Assembly: GCA_035450485.1 (NCBI GenBank)
Contig: DAOTMV010000012.1
Span: forward strand, 38,882-102,881
DNA: 64,000 nucleotides
DNA from: Anaerohalosphaeraceae bacterium
GTDB lineage: Bacteria; Planctomycetota; Phycisphaerae; Sedimentisphaerales; Anaerohalosphaeraceae
Reading direction: 5' to 3'
Position 1 is the first letter of the stretch, and each line of letters opens with the position of its first letter. The translations under genes were made by a program, and so were the position numbers. The notes beneath the pieces are model-generated. The model did not search any database and was not told the origin of the DNA. It saw only the letters and a program-made list of their open reading frames with translations. Positions 61,634-64,000 of the stretch are shown in pieces.

Positions 61634-63142
61634 CTATCCTTTTACGATAACCCCGTGTTCCCTGAACGTAATGCTTTGTGGGTCCAGACTGTACGCAAGC
61701 CGCATCCCCTGCCCTTTCCCATTCCGGGCCTTGAGAATATGCAGGGTCCGATTGTGTTCCGTCTCGATGGTTCCGCAGGCGGTTTTGACTTCATGGACTT
61801 TCTTATCGTGAATCTCAAGCCAGAGAATCGTTTGGGCAAACCGGGCAAAAGCAGCGGAACCAGCCAGCTTATTCATATCCGGGCAGTCATAATCCTTGAT
61901 GGGGTGCGTTACAAGGATAATACTGCAATCGTACTCAGTCGCCGCTCGTTTGACCTGTTGCAAGAATGTATTATCTTCCTCCCACTGTTTCGACGTGGTA
62001 TGCTCTGCCGCGGTAACGGGGTCAATCGCGATAATCCTACATCCCGCCTTTGCTTTTTGCCGGACCCATTCCGCAATCTGTGCCAGGGTCGGCATAGTTT
62101 CGGGGCAAACTTCGATACATCGGGCCATAGATTCGGCCAGCGGTTCATATTCGGCCAGGATATGCCGCGTTTCTTCCGGATTTGCCGCCGTCCAATCGGG
62201 GTCCGTCATGCCCTGCTGTTTGCTTTGCTGTGCAATCATCCGCCGCAGGTGGTATTCCCGTGAATCTTCAAGCTCATACAGGGCAATCGGGATTCCCTCC
62301 CTATGCCAGAAGGTCGCCGCCTCCAACAGCAAAAGGGATTTTGACGCACCCGGACCGCCGCAAAGGATCGTTATTGCCCCCGGCAAAAGGGCCTTTGTCG
62401 GGCCTCCGATCAATACCCACGGCCAGGCAACCGCCCGCCGCGTGCCGTTGATTTCCGCCTCGTATTGTTCCGCAAGGGCGGTACAGATCCCGCGGGGCTT
62501 TGCCTTACTCAAAGCATCGTAAAGGGCCTGCTGAATCTTTACTCGCTCCGTACGGACCGTTTCCAGCACCCGGACATAATCAACAACATCCTCCTTTTCC
62601 GCAAGGTCCAGTTCTGCCGGGTCCAATATCGAAATACGGGGGGCGGGGGTCAATCCCTGTAAAATTTCCTCCACCTGCCGCATGTGATTATGTCCGGCCT
62701 CGTCCTGATCGGGCCAGAGAATGAGATTTTTCCCTGAAAGCAAGGTCCAATCGGCATAAGGGGCTTTTCCTGCCCCCCCCGGGCTTGTGGTCGCGATAAT
62801 ACCGTATTCGTGCAGACAATGGACCGCCTTTTCACCTTCGACGATTACCACGGTATCGGCCAGCCGTATCCGGGCCCGATTATAGATCGGCCAGGGCTTC
62901 GGGGGGGCCTGCATCACAAAGCCGCCATTTTCCGGCCTGCACTGCCTGAACGTCTTGCCCTCTGCCGTTCGGCAGCGGAATACAATCATATCCGGCTTTT
63001 GTGTAATCGGGTCGGTGTACTGGTAAACCGCCTCCACTTCCTTCTTCCCCAGCCCGAGCCGCTCATTGATTTTCTCCAACCGCGGAGCCAGCGACGTGAC
63101 GGTCGGCTTGGGCTCGCCGATACTCGGCAAGTACCGATTCAT
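61634..63142 (-). CDS. primase-helicase fusion (TOPRIM primase domain + DnaB/RepA-like P-loop helicase domain), mobile-element replication protein
   Basis: 502 aa. TOPRIM motifs VVIVEGEKAV…ILWPDQDEAGHNHM. Helicase Walker A CGGPGASKSLLLLE and Walker B IIAIDPV…, with a typical RecA-like C-terminal domain. Confidence 0.75.
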   Translation of the reverse strand: MNRYLPSIGEPKPTVTSLAPRLEKINERLGLGKKEVEAVYQYTDPITQKPDMIVFRCRTAEGKTFRQCRPENGGFVMQAPPKPWPIYNRARIRLADTVVIVEGEKAVHCLHEYGIIATTSPGGAGKAPYADWTLLSGKNLILWPDQDEAGHNHMRQVEEILQGLTPAPRISILDPAELDLAEKEDVVDYVRVLETVRTERVKIQQALYDALSKAKPRGICTALAEQYEAEINGTRRAVAWPWVLIGGPTKALLPGAITILCGGPGASKSLLLLEAATFWHREGIPIALYELEDSREYHLRRMIAQQSKQQGMTDPDWTAANPEETRHILAEYEPLAESMARCIEVCPETMPTLAQIAEWVRQKAKAGCRIIAIDPVTAAEHTTSKQWEEDNTFLQQVKRAATEYDCSIILVTHPIKDYDCPDMNKLAGSAAFARFAQTILWLEIHDKKVHEVKTACGTIETEHNRTLHILKARNGKGQGMRLAYSLDPQSITFREHGVIVKG

Positions 63143-63407
63143 TGACGTTTTGGCGCATTATCTTTCCGGACCCGTCCCGTAGGACGTTTTTTTGCCGATC
63201 GCGCGCCAAACCCTTAACGGTTGTGGTCTTTTTCGCGCCATAGGGACGATAGGGGTACAGCGGACAGTCGGAAACGGTGCATTTTCTGATTTCATCCTTC
63301 TGCCAGCAGGTACAATCGAGACATTTTGCCTTCAAAGCCGCCGCCTTGCTCTTGCCGGACATGGCCTTTTTGTAAGTCTCACGGTAACGCTCTGGTATTT
63401 CTTCCAT
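63063..63407 (-). CDS. small Cys-rich (zinc-finger-like) protein
   Basis: 114 aa. CLDCTCW…C…CPLYPY cysteine cluster. Overlaps the primase-helicase start by 80 nt; the exact start/stop relationship is uncertain. Confidence 0.4.
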   Translation of the reverse strand: MEEIPERYRETYKKAMSGKSKAAALKAKCLDCTCWQKDEIRKCTVSDCPLYPYRPYGAKKTTTVKGLARDRQKNVLRDGSGKIMRQNVNESVLAEYRRAQADRHVAGSAVGENQ

Positions 63408-63489
63408 TCTGAATATAGTTACTCCTTTCTACAGCTTTTTAACACGTATTTCAGTCCTCGGCCTGTCCGAGTACTCTTTGACCCGGTGC

Positions 63490-64000
63490 ACGGCAAGCCT
63501 CGGCCTTCAGGCCGGGGAAGGATAGCGCGGACGCCGTAGGCGTCCTTTGGCCGGTCAGTGTGGCGTCTGCTGCTGCTCGATGTACTGGCGCACGATGGAA
63601 ATCGGCGCGCCGCCGCAGCTTGAAGCGAAATAGGACGGCGACCACAGCACGCCTTTCCAGTAGCGCTTCTGGATGTCGGGCCGTTCCTTCCGCAGCAGGC
63701 GACTGGAGACGCCTTTGAGGCTGTTCACGAGATTGGAGACAGCCACCTTGGGCGGGTATTCCACAAGCAGGTGAACGTGATCGTCCTCGCCGTCCATCTC
63801 GATCAGTTGCGCCTCGAAGTCGGCGCAGACCTTGGCGAAGATCGTGCGCAGCCGGTTGATGGCGTCGCCATCGAATACCCTGCGGCGATATTTCGCTACA
63901 AAGACCAAATGGACATGCATCTTAAAAACGCAGTGTCGTCCATGCCTAATATCGTTGTCGTCGCTCATAGGCCAAATTATAATATCCGCATGCAACGCCT
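63490..64000. mobile_element. IS200/IS605-family insertion sequence (right end with subterminal hairpins; left end beyond window)
   Basis: Hairpins GGACGCC-gta-GGCGTCC (63529-63545) and CGGCC-ttca-GGCCG (63501-63514) lie just 3' of the tnpA stop, as expected for an IS200 RE. No TnpB is present in the window. Confidence 0.5.
63555..63968 (-). CDS. tnpA: IS200/IS605-family transposase TnpA (HUH Y1 transposase)
   Basis: 137 aa from the internal ATG. HVHLLVEYPP (HUH motif), …SRLLRKE…WSPSYFASSCGGAPISIVRQYIEQQ with the catalytic Tyr. Typical size for TnpA_IS200. Confidence 0.85.
   Translation of the reverse strand: MSDDNDIRHGRHCVFKMHVHLVFVAKYRRRVFDGDAINRLRTIFAKVCADFEAQLIEMDGEDDHVHLLVEYPPKVAVSNLVNSLKGVSSRLLRKERPDIQKRYWKGVLWSPSYFASSCGGAPISIVRQYIEQQQTPH

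Larger units (their letters stand above)
61251..64000. mobile_element. edge of integrated mobile element / genomic island inserted at tRNA-Arg (extends beyond window end)
   Basis: Abrupt drop to AT-rich sequence immediately 5' of the partial tRNA. Iteron-like repeats, a primase-helicase, a Cys-rich small protein and an IS200 TnpA follow. The integrase and intact tRNA are expected beyond 64000. Confidence 0.6.

Noticed and set aside
61568-62263. 231-aa plus-strand ORF within the island
   Set aside because: Antisense to the primase-helicase gene, which has clear TOPRIM and Walker motifs.

Overview
This is a high-GC (~60-65%) bacterial chromosomal segment. The gene content (Tat-exported Gfo/Idh/MocA oxidoreductase, many secreted PQQ beta-propeller, HEAT and DUF547 proteins, a Lys/Ala-rich histone-H1-like peptide) suggests a Planctomycetota-like organism; that is an inference. 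Most of the window is housekeeping. It contains glmS, metK, purH, nadD, pyrG-kdsB, carB and a complete F1Fo ATP synthase operon (atpZ/I-B-E-F-H-A-G-D-C, minus strand). It also contains a five-gene Opp/Dpp-type peptide ABC importer and a sugar-catabolic trio (Gfo/Idh/MocA, SSF symporter, sugar-phosphate isomerase). Two accessory regions stand out. (1) At ~43.6-55.2 kb there is a co-directional cluster of PspA/IM30, PspA/IM30, a YqiJ/NfeD-like membrane protein, a flotillin (SPFH), a giant ~1800-aa protein with an embedded MoxR/AAA_5-type AAA+ ATPase domain, a third PspA/IM30 and a PQQ beta-propeller. This is a candidate membrane-remodelling or membrane-stress super-module, and the giant ATPase has no function I can assign. 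Just upstream there is a tight, translationally coupled trio (double-DUF3592 membrane protein, 127-aa protein, small P-loop NTPase) divergent from a GntR-ABC operon. (2) From ~61.2 kb to the window end the DNA turns AT-rich, beginning at a truncated 3' fragment of tRNA-Arg(CCU), which is a classic att repeat. This region carries iteron-like repeats, a primase-helicase fusion, a Cys-rich small protein and an IS200/IS605 TnpA, so it is the edge of an integrated mobile element whose integrase and intact tRNA lie outside the window. No rRNA, no complete tRNA and no CRISPR array were seen.
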